From: Eledone cirrhosa
Taxonomy: Eukaryota
Length of the DNA: 64,000 nucleotides
Assembly (NCBI GenBank): GCA_964016885.1
Contig: OZ024747.1
Span: 53,072,001 to 53,136,000 of the forward strand
Reading direction: 5' to 3'
Shown here: positions 29,467 through 44,085 of the stretch, in pieces
Layout of the letters: each line of letters begins with the position of its first letter
Numbering within the stretch: the stretch's first letter is position 1
Notes under the pieces: model-generated
What the model saw: the letters and a program-made list of their open reading frames with translations, nothing else
Databases searched by the model: none
Told to the model about the DNA's origin: nothing
Program-made: the position numbers and the translations under genes

Positions 29467-29842
29467 CGGGAGACATGATATGAAGCTTAAAAAACACTTG
29501 CGAGCAGTGAAGTGTTAAATCAACATATGAAAAATAAAGTAAGATGGATATATGAGATTGGAAAAAAAGGAGGGGGGAGGGTAGGAAAAAGTAAGGAAGA
29601 GGAAGAAAGAAAATATAGGATGACGGGGGAGGAGTATAAGAAGGAAGGATGAGAGAGGAGGAGAAATGAGTGATAGAGAGAGAGAGAAATAGCCTTTACA
29701 ACTGAAATACGCATAATAAAATACTTGGAACTCTTTTAACCATCTTTTGATCTTATATTATTTATACTACAGTCCTATAAACTGTGGAGTGCTACTTATC
29801 CGATATTTGCATTGATTTATTGTGCTACAATAAAACTCACCT

Positions 29843-29870
<28 letters not shown>

Positions 29871-29877
<7 letters not shown>

Positions 29878-30362
29878 ATACTTTGGGAGGGTCATGTTGC
29901 CAATAAGAAACACACGCACCAGTTGATTTCACTTCAATTTATTATATATTTATAAATTTATAAATTTACAAATCTACAAACTTATAAATTTCTGGTTGGT
30001 TGGTTGGTTCCACAACCAGATAGTTGTTTATATATTGAGAAACAAAATGGCGTAGGATAGAAGAAAGGAAAGGCACAGAAACAAAGAAAGGAATCCCCAG
30101 TCACTGAAGAGATCACAGAGTGTGTGACGAAAGGACTATGACTATATATAAACAACTATCTGGTTGTGGAACCAACCAACCAACCAGAAATTTATAAGTT
30201 TGTAGATTTGTAAATTTATAAATTTATAAATATATAATAAATTGAAGTGAAACAACTGGTGCGTGTGTTTCTTATTGGCAACATGACCCTCCCAAAGTAT
30301 AACAATATCGGTTTCAACACACGATTTCAGATAAAGAATCTTGCTAAACAAATTCAGAAACG

Positions 30363-30365
<3 letters not shown>
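29871..30365. mobile_element. Fold-back family C PLE end
   Basis: Arms 29871-30034 and 30145-30307 are reverse complements flanking an HHR-containing spacer. Confidence 0.9.
30099..30143 (+). ncRNA. Type I hammerhead ribozyme (family C)
   Basis: AGTCA-CTGAAGA-GATCACA/GAGTG/TGTGAC-GAAA-GGACT-A-TGACT. Confidence 0.8.
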
Positions 30366-30403
<38 letters not shown>

Positions 30404-30443
30404 TTCAAAATATTAACAATATTAACAATATGTGATGAAGTAT

Positions 30444-30508
30444 ATTTTATTACACATATTTCAGAGGTACTGAGCTATCGTGAACAGTACGTCCTCATCA
30501 GATAAAAT
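30444..30508 (-). ncRNA. Type I hammerhead ribozyme (family A)
   Basis: ATTTTAT-CTGATGA-GGACGTACTG...CAGTACCTCT-GAAA-TATGTGT-A-ATAAAAT. Confidence 0.85.
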
Positions 30509-30935
30509 AAGATGATGCATGACATACCCTGACTAAGTAGATGGGTAAAATTCTGTCATGGCAGTGAATAAGAACAAAACTCAATGTTTATATACCTTAA
30601 GATTGAGAGATGAAAAAATTACATATAATACAGAGGGTGCGCGTGAGAAAGCTTATAAAGATACATAATAATAAATAACTACTAATATAATACACACTTA
30701 CATAACTGTTAGAGAATCAAATAATTTAAATTATTGAAGAAAGAAGAAGTGAAAGACAGAGAGAGAAACAGATGAAGAAAAAGAGAGTGACTAGAAGTAT
30801 AGAAATATCTATTATATGTAATTTTTTCATGTCTCAATCTTAAGGTATATAAACATTGAGTTTTGTCATATCTTATTCACTGCCATGACTTAATTTTAGC
30901 CATTTACTTAGTCAGGGTATGTCATGCATCATCTT

Positions 30936-31000
30936 ATTTTATCTGATGAGGATGTACTGTTGAAGATAGCTCAGTACATCTGAAATATGTATAATAAAAT
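30936..31000 (+). ncRNA. Type I hammerhead ribozyme (family A)
   Basis: ATTTTAT-CTGATGA-GGATGTACTG...CAGTACATCT-GAAA-TATGTAT-A-ATAAAAT. Confidence 0.88.
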
Positions 31001-31145
31001 ATAGTTGATCACACATATGTCTATTTTTGTTAATATTTTGAATTAATATTAATAACTCCGGAAAAACCATCACTGTGGAGTGCTTCTAATCTATTGTAAA
31101 ACTTTATTCTTTGATTTAATCATTGAACCTTGTTTAACCTTTAAT

Positions 31146-31216
<71 letters not shown>

Positions 31217-31540
31217 GTAAGTTAAAACAATAAAAAAAAATCATGTCATTAGAAATATACGATCGTTTCTAGGTGGTGATAATACATTGTAACTATACTT
31301 CGTTATCGATCTATGTAAGGTTAGTTACAAAATATCAGATGAAGAGAATATTTACTTACATGCATATCACCAACTATTGTCATGCAGTCTAGACCCCACA
31401 ACTTACCGTGGATATATCTGTGTATACTTTAAAGCGATGAAATACCAATGAAGGTTGGAAGATTACTGATGAAGGACTCATTTTATTCATATGTAACCCA
31501 TTCATATGTAACCCATATGCAACCACACAGCACGCTATGT

Positions 31541-31618
<78 letters not shown>

Positions 31619-31624
31619 GTATAT

Positions 31625-31793
31625 AACGAAGGAAATGTGGTAAGGAACCAGGTGGACCATAACGCACCAAAGTACTCAATACTTAGGGTAGTAGAGTGGG
31701 TAATAGGAACAAGTAGGACCCCGACGGCTAATAGTCCAGAATTAGCTGTCGAAACGGCTTGAGCTCAGCCGTCGGGGTCCTACTCGTTCCTAT
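31625..31793. mobile_element. Family D fragment with inverted junction
   Basis: ATAGGAACAAGTAGGACCCCGACGGCT pairs with AGCCGTCGGGGTCCTACTCGTTCCTAT. Confidence 0.75.
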
Positions 31794-32618
31794 ATATATG
31801 TATATATATATATGTATGTATCTATGTTTGTACATATGTGTGTATGTATATATATGTATGCATGTATGTATGTGTGTATGTATGTATATATATATGTGTG
31901 TATGTATATATATATATATATGTATCTATGTTTGTACATGTATGTATGTGTGTATGTATGTATATATATGTGTGTATATATATATGTATGTATCTGTTTG
32001 TACATATGTATGTATGTATATATGTATGTATGCATGTATGTATGTGTGTATGTATGTATATATATGTGTGTATATATATATATGTATGTATATATGTTTG
32101 TACATATGTATGTATATATGTATGCATGTATGTATGTGTGTATCTATATATATATGTGTATGTATATATATATGTGTATGTATCTATGTTTGTACATATG
32201 TATGTATGTATATATGTATGCATGTATGTATGTATGCATGTATATATAAGTGCGTATGTATATATATATATATATGCATGTATCTGTTTGTACATATGTA
32301 TGTATGTATATATGTATGTATGTGTGTATGTATGTATATATATGTGTGTATGTATATATGTATATATATGTATGTATCTATGTTTGTATATATGTACGTA
32401 TGTATATATGTATGCATGTATGTATGTGTGTATGTTTGTATATATATGTGTGTTATATTTATATATATATGTATGTATCTATGTTTGTACATATGTATGT
32501 ATATATGTATGTATGCATGTATGCATGTGTGTATGTATATATATGTATGTATATATATATATATGTATGTATGTATGTAAATATGTTTTATATGCATGTA
32601 TGTATGTGTGTATGTATA

Positions 32619-33074
32619 CAAAGGGCAAAGGAGCTCTTAAGAGTCAATGGCCATCCAAAATCACCGGGAGAGATGACCCCTTAACCTTTGTCAAGGCAGA
32701 ATTCTAGGAGAAGGAAAACTCTGATATAACACCTTCAACCCTGATGGTATCCAATGATGTTGACTTGTTCTTCTTGTTGGTAAATATCATCTTGGTTAAG
32801 AGAGTGGGACTGGCTTTGTGCAGTGCCTTTGCTCACTATAAAAGCTTCACGGCACAGGCATTGCTTTATATCTGGAGATCTCTCTGCACTTGTCGTCACA
32901 TGGTACCATGGGCCCAGCACTATGTGTCAATAATTGTCACAAGTGTAGTGTTTGTACCAGAGTTTTCAAGTCGCTGGCTGGACTAAAAAGTCACACTTGT
33001 TCAACGCATCGGTAGGGGTTCTCCTACATGGATATAAAGTAGTGGCCGTACTCGAAAACGAGTTGGCAGCCACC
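32619..33074 (+). mobile_element. RTE-derived non-autonomous element, 5'-truncated copy 2
   Basis: Matches 25790-26244. Confidence 0.85.
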
Positions 33075-33154
<80 letters not shown>

Positions 33155-33261
33155 ATGTATGTATATATGTATATGTATATGTATATATGTATATATATGT
33201 ATATATATATATGCATGTATGTATATATGTATATGTATATGTATATATATATGTATATATT

Positions 33262-33868
33262 GTCAGGTCACCAGTTGGTGCTACTGGTAACATGTATCCC
33301 AGTACAACCTGACTAATGGTCGGGTCGTTGGCGACTAAACTGGCAACCCCAACAAGGTTTCTTGGTGAGGGGGGTGACTTTGGACACCCTGCAGACTAAA
33401 AACAGAACCTGTCAAAGGGCAAATGACCTCTTAAGAGTCAATGGCCATCCAAAATCACCGGGAGAGATGACCACTTAGCCTTTGTCAAGGCAGAATTCTA
33501 GGAGAAGGAAAACTCTGATATAACACCTGCAACCCTGATGGTATCCAATGATGTTGACTTGTTCTTCTTTTTGGTAAATATCATCTTGGTCAAGAGAGTG
33601 GGACTGGCTTTGTGCAGTGCCTTTGCTCACTATAAAAGCTTCACGTTACAGGTATTGCTTTATATCTGGAGATCTCTCTGCACTTGTCGTCACATGGTAC
33701 CATGGGCCCAGAACTATGTGACAATAATTGTCACAGGTGTAGTGTTTGTACCAGAGTTTTCAAGTCGCTGGCTGGACTAAAAAGTCACACTCGTTCAGCG
33801 CATCGGTAGGAGTTCTCCTACATGGATATAAAGTAGTGGCCGTACTCGAACATGAGTTGGCAGCCACC
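33262..33868 (+). mobile_element. RTE-derived non-autonomous element, copy 3
   Basis: Same 5' start GTCAGGTCACC and 3' end GGCAGCCACC. Confidence 0.85.
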
Positions 33869-34107
33869 ATGTATGTATGTATGTATCTATGTTTGTACAT
33901 ATGTATGTATGTATGTATGTATGCATGTATGTATGTATGTATGCATGTATGTATGTGGATATGTATATATATATATATGTGTGTATGTATGTATGTATAT
34001 ATATATATATGTGTATGTATATGTGTATACATATATGTAGAATCACGTATTTATATATTAATAGCTTAAATGACCATACATGCACATCTCTCTCTCTCTT
34101 TCACTCT

Positions 34108-34167
<60 letters not shown>

Positions 34168-34209
34168 ATATATATATACACATATATATATATTTATATA
34201 TATATATAC

Positions 34210-34315
<106 letters not shown>

Positions 34316-34341
34316 GCTTATCTCTCTCTATATATATATTT

Positions 34342-34388
<47 letters not shown>

Positions 34389-34429
34389 CATCCATACTCA
34401 CATACATATGTCCATCCATACATACATAC

Positions 34430-35782
34430 ACACATACATCTATACACACATACATACACACATGCATCCGTACACACATACATCGATACACACATACATC
34501 GATACACACATACATCCATACACACATACATCCGTACACACATACATCCATACACACGTACACACATACATCTGTACACACATACATCTGTACACACATA
34601 CATCTGTACACACATACATGCATACACGCATACATCCATACACACATACCTCCATACACACATACATCCATACACACATACATCCATACACACATACCTC
34701 CATACACACATACATCCATACACACATACATCCATACACACATACATCCATACACACATACCTCCATACACACATACCTCCGTACACACATACATGCGTA
34801 CACACATACCTCCATACACGCATACATCCATACACACATACCTCCATACACACATACATCCATACACACATACCTCCATACACACATACATCCATACACA
34901 CATACCTCCATACACACATACATCCATACACACATACATCCATACACACATACCTCCATACACACATACCTCCATACACACATACATCCGTACACACATA
35001 CATCCATACACACATACATCCATACACACATACATCCATACACACATACCTCCATACACACATACCTCCATACACACATACATCCGTACACACATACATC
35101 CATACACACATACATCCATACACACATACATCCATACACACATACATCCGTACACACATACATCCATACACACATACCTCCATACACACATACATCCATA
35201 CACACATACCTCCATACACACATACATCCATACACACATACATCCGTACACACATACCTCCATACACACATACATCCGTACACACATATATCCATACACA
35301 CATACCTCCATACATACATACATCCGTACGTACATACCTCCATACACACATACATCCATACACACATACCTCCATACATACATACCTCCATACACACATA
35401 CATCCATACACACATACATCCATACACGCATACATCCATACACACATACCTACATACACACATACCTCCATACACACATACATCCATACACACATACATC
35501 CATACACACATACATCCATACACACATACCTACATACACACATACCTCCATACACACATACATCCATACACACATACATCCATACACACATACCTCCGTA
35601 CACACATACATCCATACACACATACATCCATACACACATACCTACATACACACATACCTCCATACACACATACCTCCATACATACATACATCCGTACACA
35701 CATACCTCCATACACACATACATCCGTACACACATACATACATACCTCCATACACACATACATCCATACACACATACATCCG
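34430..35782. repeat. 16-bp minisatellite (TACATCCATACACACA, with CCTCCA and CATCCG variants)
   Basis: Direct reading. Confidence 0.95.
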
Positions 35783-35845
35783 TCTATGCACTCATAAACA
35801 CAGACAAAGACACAAACATAGACGCAGACATAGGCACCCCCACCC

Positions 35846-35879
<34 letters not shown>

Positions 35880-35907
35880 ATACATATCCATCCATCCATC
35901 CATCAAT

Positions 35908-35986
<79 letters not shown>

Positions 35987-36233
35987 TACATACATTCATT
36001 AATGGTACCCTACCACAGATATATGGTGTGAATACTGTGATACATCTCAAATTCCATTTGCCATTTTATCTAGCTATGCGATATTCCTGCACACTTCTCT
36101 CTCCCCCTCTCTCTCTCTCACTATCACTCTCTCTTTCTCTCTCTTCCCTACCCACAGAATTCAATTAAGTTTTCTTCTCATATTCTTTTGTGTGTATTTA
36201 TATATTTAGTGTAACGTTTCTTTTTCTTATTTA

Positions 36234-36296
<63 letters not shown>

Positions 36297-36409
36297 ACTT
36301 TCTTCTCCTAACACCCCACATCTCTCTACAGACATGCACATCCATACATAATACATAGAACACACACCTCTTCTCACCCACACAGACATATATATATGCA
36401 CAGTCACAA

Positions 36410-36515
<106 letters not shown>

Positions 36516-36540
36516 TGAGAGAGAGAGAGAGCGAGAGAGA

Positions 36541-36600
36541 TTTCGGATCTAGCTGTCGAAACGGCCGGAGCTCAGCCGTCAAGGTCCTGATATCCTTTTC
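36541..36600 (+). mobile_element. Short family D fragment
   Basis: GGATCTAGCTGTCGAAACGGCCGGAGCTCAGCCGTC. Confidence 0.65.
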
Positions 36601-36726
36601 ATATATATATATATATATATTTATACATATACATATATACATATATACATACATACATACATATATATATATACATATATACATATATGGTAGCGTGGAA
36701 GAACGGACGTAAAACGGTGATGATGA

Positions 36727-36772
<46 letters not shown>

Positions 36773-36952
36773 ATATATACATATATATATATATATACAT
36801 ATATACATACATACATACATATATATATACATATATATATATACATATATACATACATACATACATATATATATACATATATATATATACATATATATAC
36901 ATATATACATACATACATACATATATATATACATATATATATATACATATAT

Positions 36953-36996
<44 letters not shown>

Positions 36997-37397
36997 GAAC
37001 GCCAACGTAAGTGAGATGGGAATGAGATGATTTTTGGTATCATATCGATTGCGTTACCGAAACCAACCAGCCTCACATTGGCTGCCGTGAAGACCTAAAG
37101 TCAATGAAGAAAAGACATCTGAAATGGCGCAGTCATGTTACAAAATGTTTGTCTTTTATTTTAGGTTTGTGATTTTGTTATTCACCTCTCAGTGTAACTA
37201 TTGTCGTTGTAACATAATGACAGTCATAATGTATATAGACTATTTATATGTTTAGGACACAGGCATGGCTGTGAGGTTAGGAGTTTGTGTAGCAAATATA
37301 TCGCATTTTCAGTCTCAATTTGTATTAACAAAATCCTTGTGAGTGAAATTGTGTATATAAAGACTGTATGGAAGTCAATTAGATGGAGTGTGCCTGT

Positions 37398-38738
37398 CAT
37401 TAGCGGAAACCTTGGGTCTTTTACACAGGTAAATTATTAGCGGAAACCTTGGATCTTTTACACAGGTAAATTATTAGCGGAAACCTTGGATCTTTTACAC
37501 AGGTAAATTATTAGCGGAAACCTTGGATCTTTTACATAGGTAAATTATTAGCGGAGACCTTGGATCTTTTACATAGGTAAATTATTAGCGGAGAACTTGG
37601 ATCTTTTACAAAGGTAAATTATTAGCGGCGACCTTGGGTCTTTTACACAGTTAAATTATTAGCGGAAACAGTGGATCTTTTACATAGGTAAATTATTAGC
37701 TGTGACCCAGGATCTGGTATACAGATTAATCTGTAGTGACCCAAGATCTGGTGCACAAGTGAATCAACAGTGATCCAGGATCAGGTACATAAGTAAAACT
37801 TTAGCAAAGACCTGGAGTCTGGTATACAGGTAAATCATAAGCGGAGACATGGAATCTGATCCAAAACTAAATCATTAGAGGAGACATTGGATTTCGTACA
37901 CAGGTAAATCATTAGAGACCCAGAATCTGGTACACAAGTAAAACATTAGCGGAGACCCATAATCTGGTACACAGGTAAATCATTAGAGTCCGAAGATCTG
38001 GCACACAGGTAAATCATTAGAGACCGAGGATCTGGTATACAGGTAAATCATTAGAGACCTATGATCTGGCACACAGCCATGACAGATGGAGATGACTGGT
38101 ACACGGTATGTAAAGGAAGAAATTCAACAACTTTATCAGAAATTGAGGGATCAAGGAAAAATAAATATATTATATTACATACACAGACATCACCATATGT
38201 ATATATACATATGTATATAATTGACTGGTATGTAATATAATATATTTATTTTTCCTTGATCCCTCAATTTCTGATAAAGTTGTTGAATTGCTTCCTTTAC
38301 ATACCTTGTACCAGTCATCTCCATCTGTCATGGCTGTGTGCCAGATCATAGGTCTCTAAGGATTTACCTGTATACCAGATCCTCGGTCTCTAATGATTTA
38401 CCTGTATACCAGATCCTCGGTCTCTAATGATTTACCTGTGTACCAGATTCTGGGTCTCCGCTAATGTTTTACTTGTGTACCAGATTCTGGGTCTCTAATG
38501 ATTTACCTGTGTACTAGATTCTGTGTCTCTAGTGATTCACCTGTCTACCAGATTCTGGGTCTCTAATGATTTACCTGTCTACCAGATTCTGGGTCTCTAA
38601 TGATTTACCTGTCTACCAGATTCTGGGTCTCTAATGATTTACCTGTCTACCAGATTCTGGATCTCCGCTAAAGTTTTACCTGTCTACCAGATCCTCGGTC
38701 TCCGCTAATGATTTACCTGTGTACGAAATCCAATGTCT

Positions 38739-38740
<2 letters not shown>
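37398..38740. repeat. About 33-37-bp minisatellite arranged as a large inverted repeat around 38182-38227
   Basis: Unit TTAGCGGAAACCTTGGATCTTTTACACAGGTAAATTA on the left, reverse-complement units on the right, with unique inverted arms next to the centre. Confidence 0.9.
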
Positions 38741-38797
<57 letters not shown>

Positions 38798-38879
38798 CAT
38801 ATATACATACATACATACATACATACATGGAACTCTTTTAACCATCTTTTGATCTTATATTATACATACGTATGTATGC

Positions 38880-38924
<45 letters not shown>

Positions 38925-38939
38925 TATGTATATATAAAG

Positions 38940-38977
<38 letters not shown>

Positions 38978-39008
38978 AGATCAAAAGATGGTTAAAAGAG
39001 TTCCATGT

Positions 39009-39077
39009 ATTTTATTATGCGCATTTCAAAAACAAATATCATCATGGGACGATACTTGCGTTCTCATCAGATAAAAT
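39009..39077 (-). ncRNA. Type I hammerhead ribozyme (family A, ATGCGCAT stem III)
   Basis: Same fold as 29398-29466; inverted tail copy at 38826-38863. Confidence 0.82.
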
Positions 39078-39174
39078 AGGGAGACATGATATGAAGTTTA
39101 AAAAACCCTTGCGAGCAGTGAAGTGTTAAATCTACATTTGCATTGCTTTATTGTGCTACAATAAAACTCACCTC

Positions 39175-39297
<123 letters not shown>

Positions 39298-39537
39298 ATA
39301 CGTATGTACGTATGCGTGTGTTTATGTATGTATATCATTTCACACCAGCATCAGTATGCCATCCACTGTGCTAGAATGAAGGATGTGTAAAGTCGGGTGA
39401 AAGAATGCCACGAATCTTTGACTTTGTAAGAATTCCACCAAACTTCGTCCTGATTAATTATTTTTCTTGCCATTTTATCTTTGTCTTGGAGTCTGGCAGA
39501 AAATGTCAGACTTACCTCTTACATTTAACTTATATAC

Positions 39538-40230
39538 TGATGGTGGTGAAGCTGGTGGTGGTAGTGGTGGTGATAGTGGTGGTGGTGATGGTGGTGAAGC
39601 TGGTGGGGGTGGTGGTGTTTTGAAGATTGGTGTGGTGTTGGTGATTGTAGTGGTGGTGAAGGTGGTGGTAGCGGTGGTGAAGGTGGTGGTGGTAGTGGTG
39701 GTGATAGTGGTGGTGGTGATGGTGGTGAAGCTGGTTGGGGTGGTGGTGTTTTGAAGATTGGTGTGGTGTTGGTGATGGTAGTGGTGGTGAAGGTGGTGGT
39801 AGCGGTGGTGAAAGTGGTGGTGGTAGTGATGGTAGTAATGGTGGTGAAGCTGGTGGGGGTGGGGGTGGGAGTTGTGGTGGTGGGGGTGGTGGGAGTGGTG
39901 GTGGTGGTGGTGATGGTGGGCAGGGTGGTGAAGATTGGTGTGGTGTTGGTGATGGTAGTGGTAGTGGTGAAGGTGGTGGAGGTGATAGTGGTGCTGTTGT
40001 TCCTGCTGTTGTTCCTTGTGGTTGTGAAGGTGTTTGTGGTAGTGGTGGTGAAGCTGGTGGTGGTGGAGGTGGTGGTGGTTCTGGGGTTGGTGGTGATAGT
40101 GCTGTTGCTGCTGATGCTGTTTGTGGTGAAGGTGATGATGGTAGTGGTAGTGAAGGTGGTTTGTATGAGGTGGTACTGCTGTTGTTGATGTTACTTGTGG
40201 TGTTGAGGGTGTTTGTGGTAGTGGCAGTTT
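39538..40230. repeat. (GGT)-rich low-complexity tract with a local duplication
   Basis: Direct reading. Confidence 0.9.
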
Positions 40231-40328
40231 AGGTGGGGGGTTATGTTATAAGTGGTAAACACCGCTCTCCCTTTCTCCACTCGTCCCTCCCTCTCTTTCT
40301 CTCTTTCTCCCTCCATTCCCCCTCTCTC

Positions 40329-40374
<46 letters not shown>

Positions 40375-40464
40375 AGTGAAAATATGAAAAATTAACAGTA
40401 CCTGAGAACAATACATTGCAAGAATGGAATATGAATGTAAAAGTGATAAGACGTTAGAAAAGGT

Positions 40465-40500
40465 TCTTAACGTTTTTGACAGCAGTCTTTTATCGGAAGA
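40465..40500 (-). ncRNA. Decayed family B hammerhead
   Basis: TCTT-CCGATAA-AAGAC/TGCT/GTCA-AAAA-CGT-T-AAGA; stems kept, core mutated. Confidence 0.45.
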
Positions 40501-40608
40501 TAGATGCAGAAAAAAGTAAGGGTCTTTTGGAGAGTATCAGAAAAAGGAAGACTATTCGAGAAAAAAAAAAAGTGAATGAAGAAAAATCCACACGAACACA
40601 TATACAAT

Positions 40609-40679
<71 letters not shown>

Positions 40680-41243
40680 CCACACAAACACACGCACCTA
40701 CACACAAAAACACAGGCACATACACGCATACAAACAGACACACACACGTGTATTGTTATTTGTCAGTCATTATTATGGTATGATTGGTGACCGTTGCTGC
40801 TCCATTCCAAAAGTTTGTAATTATAAGTGGATCGCTACAAAATGTTGTTCTAGTCCCCATCCGTTCCCTAAAATATAAAGTCAGCAACAATTATCAGACG
40901 AGAATATCTGTGTATTCCATAAAGATCTAGTCTAGAAGACATATACAACAGCGTGAATCTAAGAGTGGTGAATGTTTCGTTCCTCTGTTACAAGAATACG
41001 ACGTTCTCACAACACGAAAAAAACGTTCTAAAAATGTTATTTCTCTCTAACATATCAGAGCAACAATGTAGAAAAGGTTCCAGTGAAAACTGAGTAGTCC
41101 CCACACATTCGTTGATCCACGAGCAAGTGATGATGATACATATAGTGTAAAACCGAGCGAAACCATTGGATTCCTGGATATCCGCATAGATAACCAGCGA
41201 CTTGGTAGCATCATTAAACTGTCGGTTTAAATACCGTGTGCAA

Positions 41244-41592
41244 AGGATGGTGGATTGCCAGAAATGTTAGAACCTTGGAAACGTCCTTCACGGCACTTCT
41301 GGTTGGATATTCTCACAGTTTAAATCTCGCCAAGTTTAACTTTGCCTCTCGTCTTTCAGTGATCGATAAAATAAAGTGCCAATGAAGTGCTGGGTTTCAT
41401 TTTCTGTTTCTTGTGCCTGAATTAGAAACCATTACATTTTTTATGCTGATTGTTCTGGTCTCTGTAATTTGAGTTGAAATCCCGCCAAGGTTTAATATTG
41501 CCTTTCATAACTTCAGAGTCGATTAAATAAAATACCAGTCAAATACACTGACACCGACTTAGTTGTTGAACATATGCCTAAATTAGAAACAA
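41244..41592 (+). mobile_element. Two degenerate S1 SINE fragments
   Basis: AAATCTCGCCAAGTTTAACTTTGCC and GAAATCCCGCCAAGG...TTGCCTTTCAT. Confidence 0.65.
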
Positions 41593-41886
41593 TTCTTTTT
41601 CCGGTAGTTTCCTGTGAGTTTCTACAGCATCAACTGGTGCAAATCCATGTTCCTGATGTGTGTGCACCAGTGAACTGATTCTAAGGGCCTGAAAAAACCA
41701 AGGGTAGTACCTTATTTCCTGTAAATAAGCAATAAAAATAAATACCCGTGTAATGTGGTCAACTGACCCAGAGAATGGTGACTTCGTTATTGTGTGCCGG
41801 GCGGAATGCCTTGTAATATTTGTTCCTGATCTTTGCGCTCTGGTTTCAAATGCTTATCCTCACTATAATCTACCCTTTTCACACAC

Positions 41887-41917
<31 letters not shown>

Positions 41918-42031
41918 CTTCTTCTTCTTCTTCTTCTTCTTCTTCTTCTTCTTCTTCTTCTTCTTCTTCTTCTTCTTCTTCTTCTTCTTCTTCTTCTTCT
42001 TCTTCTTCTTCTTCTTCTTCTTCTTCTTCTT

Positions 42032-42099
<68 letters not shown>

Positions 42100-42101
42100 G
42101 A

Positions 42102-42285
42102 GGGCGGTAGGCTGCTAGTATCGGTAGAGCGTCAGATACTATACTTTACAGCATAGAGTTAAGGTTCTTTAAGTTCTGAGTTCAAATCCCTCCGAGGTGA
42201 GCTTTGCTTTCATCCTTACCCTGGGGTCGATTCAATAGACTACCCCTCCCCTTCAAATTGCTGGACTTGTACCTATATTAGAAAT
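42102..42285 (+). mobile_element. tRNA-SINE S1
   Basis: GGGCGGTAGGCTGCTAG...GAGTTCAAATCCCTCCGAGG. Confidence 0.8.
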
Positions 42286-42736
42286 CACTTTTTCTATCTT
42301 TTCTCACACACTCTCATTCTCTTCTTACTCTTTCTCCTTCATTCCACTCTCCTTCACTCTCCCAAACACACATCCTTTCATTTCTCTCCCTCTCTTTTTA
42401 CTTCTTTACACTTCTTCTCCTCTTCTCCCTCACACACACATACTCACACACACACTCAAACACACACACTCACACACATACTCTCACACACACACTCACA
42501 CACACTCACACACACATACTCACACACACACTCACACACACACTCACACACACTCACACACATACTCACACTCACTCACACACACATACTCACACACACA
42601 CACACACACACACACTCACATAAACACACACTCACACACACACACACACTCACACACACACACTCACACACACATACTCACACACACTCACACACACACT
42701 CACACACACTCACACACATACTCACACTCACTCACA

Positions 42737-42774
<38 letters not shown>

Positions 42775-43444
42775 TAAACACACACTCACACACACACACA
42801 CACTCACACACACACACACTCACACACACATACTCACACACACTCACACACACAAACACACACTCACACACACACACACTCACACACAAACAAACAAACA
42901 CACACACTCACATACACACTCACATACACGCAAACACACTCACACACAAAAACACACATTCACACACACACACTCACACACACACACAAACACACACACA
43001 CCCACTCACACACACCCACACACACTCTCACACACACACAAACACACACACTCACACACTCACACACACACACAAACACACAAACTCACACACACACACT
43101 CACACACACACTCACACACACACACATACACTCATACTAACACTTCCCCCTCTCTCTCTCTCTCTCTGATTTCTCACACACCCGCACTCAGTGAAGTCCT
43201 GCTCAACTCACCACCCAGACACACTAAAACCTCTCCAACACCTTCCTTCCACCAACAATTATTATTGCCCCACCCAGAAACTAAAACCCCAACACTCCAT
43301 CACCATCACACCATCATGCCCTCCACACCACCACCACCGACACCACCACCATCCACCACTAGCACCACCACCACCACCACCACCACCACCACATATGATA
43401 ACACGGAATGAGCTAGCCTTAGAATTCAACAGCATGGCTATATG

Positions 43445-44085
43445 CGTGGGGTGTGGTGGCTGAGGGGTGGTGGCTGTAGTGTGGGGGCGGTGTGTGGTAG
43501 GATGACAATGGTGAGGTGTGGTGGCTGTGGGTTGGTGAAGGATGGTGGTGGTGAAGTGTGGTGGCTGGGGGTTGTTGTGGGATGGTGGTGGCGCGGTGTA
43601 GTGGCGAGGTGTGGTGGCAAGGTGTGGTGAGGTATGGTGTCTGAGAACTAGGGTGGTGTGGTGGTGTAGAGGTATGGTAGCTGTGAGGTGTAGTGGTGGT
43701 GTGTCTGAGGGGTGTGGTGGTGGTGAGGTGTAGTGGTGGTGGCTATGGGGTGTAGTGGTGGCGTATCTGTGAGGTGTAGTGGTGGTGGCTATGGGGTGTA
43801 GTGGTGGTGTGTCTGTGAGGTGTGGTGGTGGCGTGTTTGTGGAGTGTGATGGTGGTGAGGTGTAGTGGTGGTGTGTCTGTGAGGTGTAGTGGTAGTGTGT
43901 CTGTGAGGTGTAGTGGTGGTGGCTATGGGGTGTAATGGTGGTGTGTCTGTGAGGTGTAGTGGTGGTGTGTCTGTGAGGTGTGGTGGTGGTGTGTTTGTGG
44001 GGTGTGGTGGTGTCGAGGTGTAGTGGTGGTGTGTCTGTGGGGTGTGGTGGTGGCAAGGTGTAGTGGTGGTGTGTCTGGGGTGTGG
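43445..44085. repeat. GT-rich minisatellite (GTGTCTGTGAGGTGTAGTGGTGGT-like)
   Basis: Direct reading. Confidence 0.85.
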
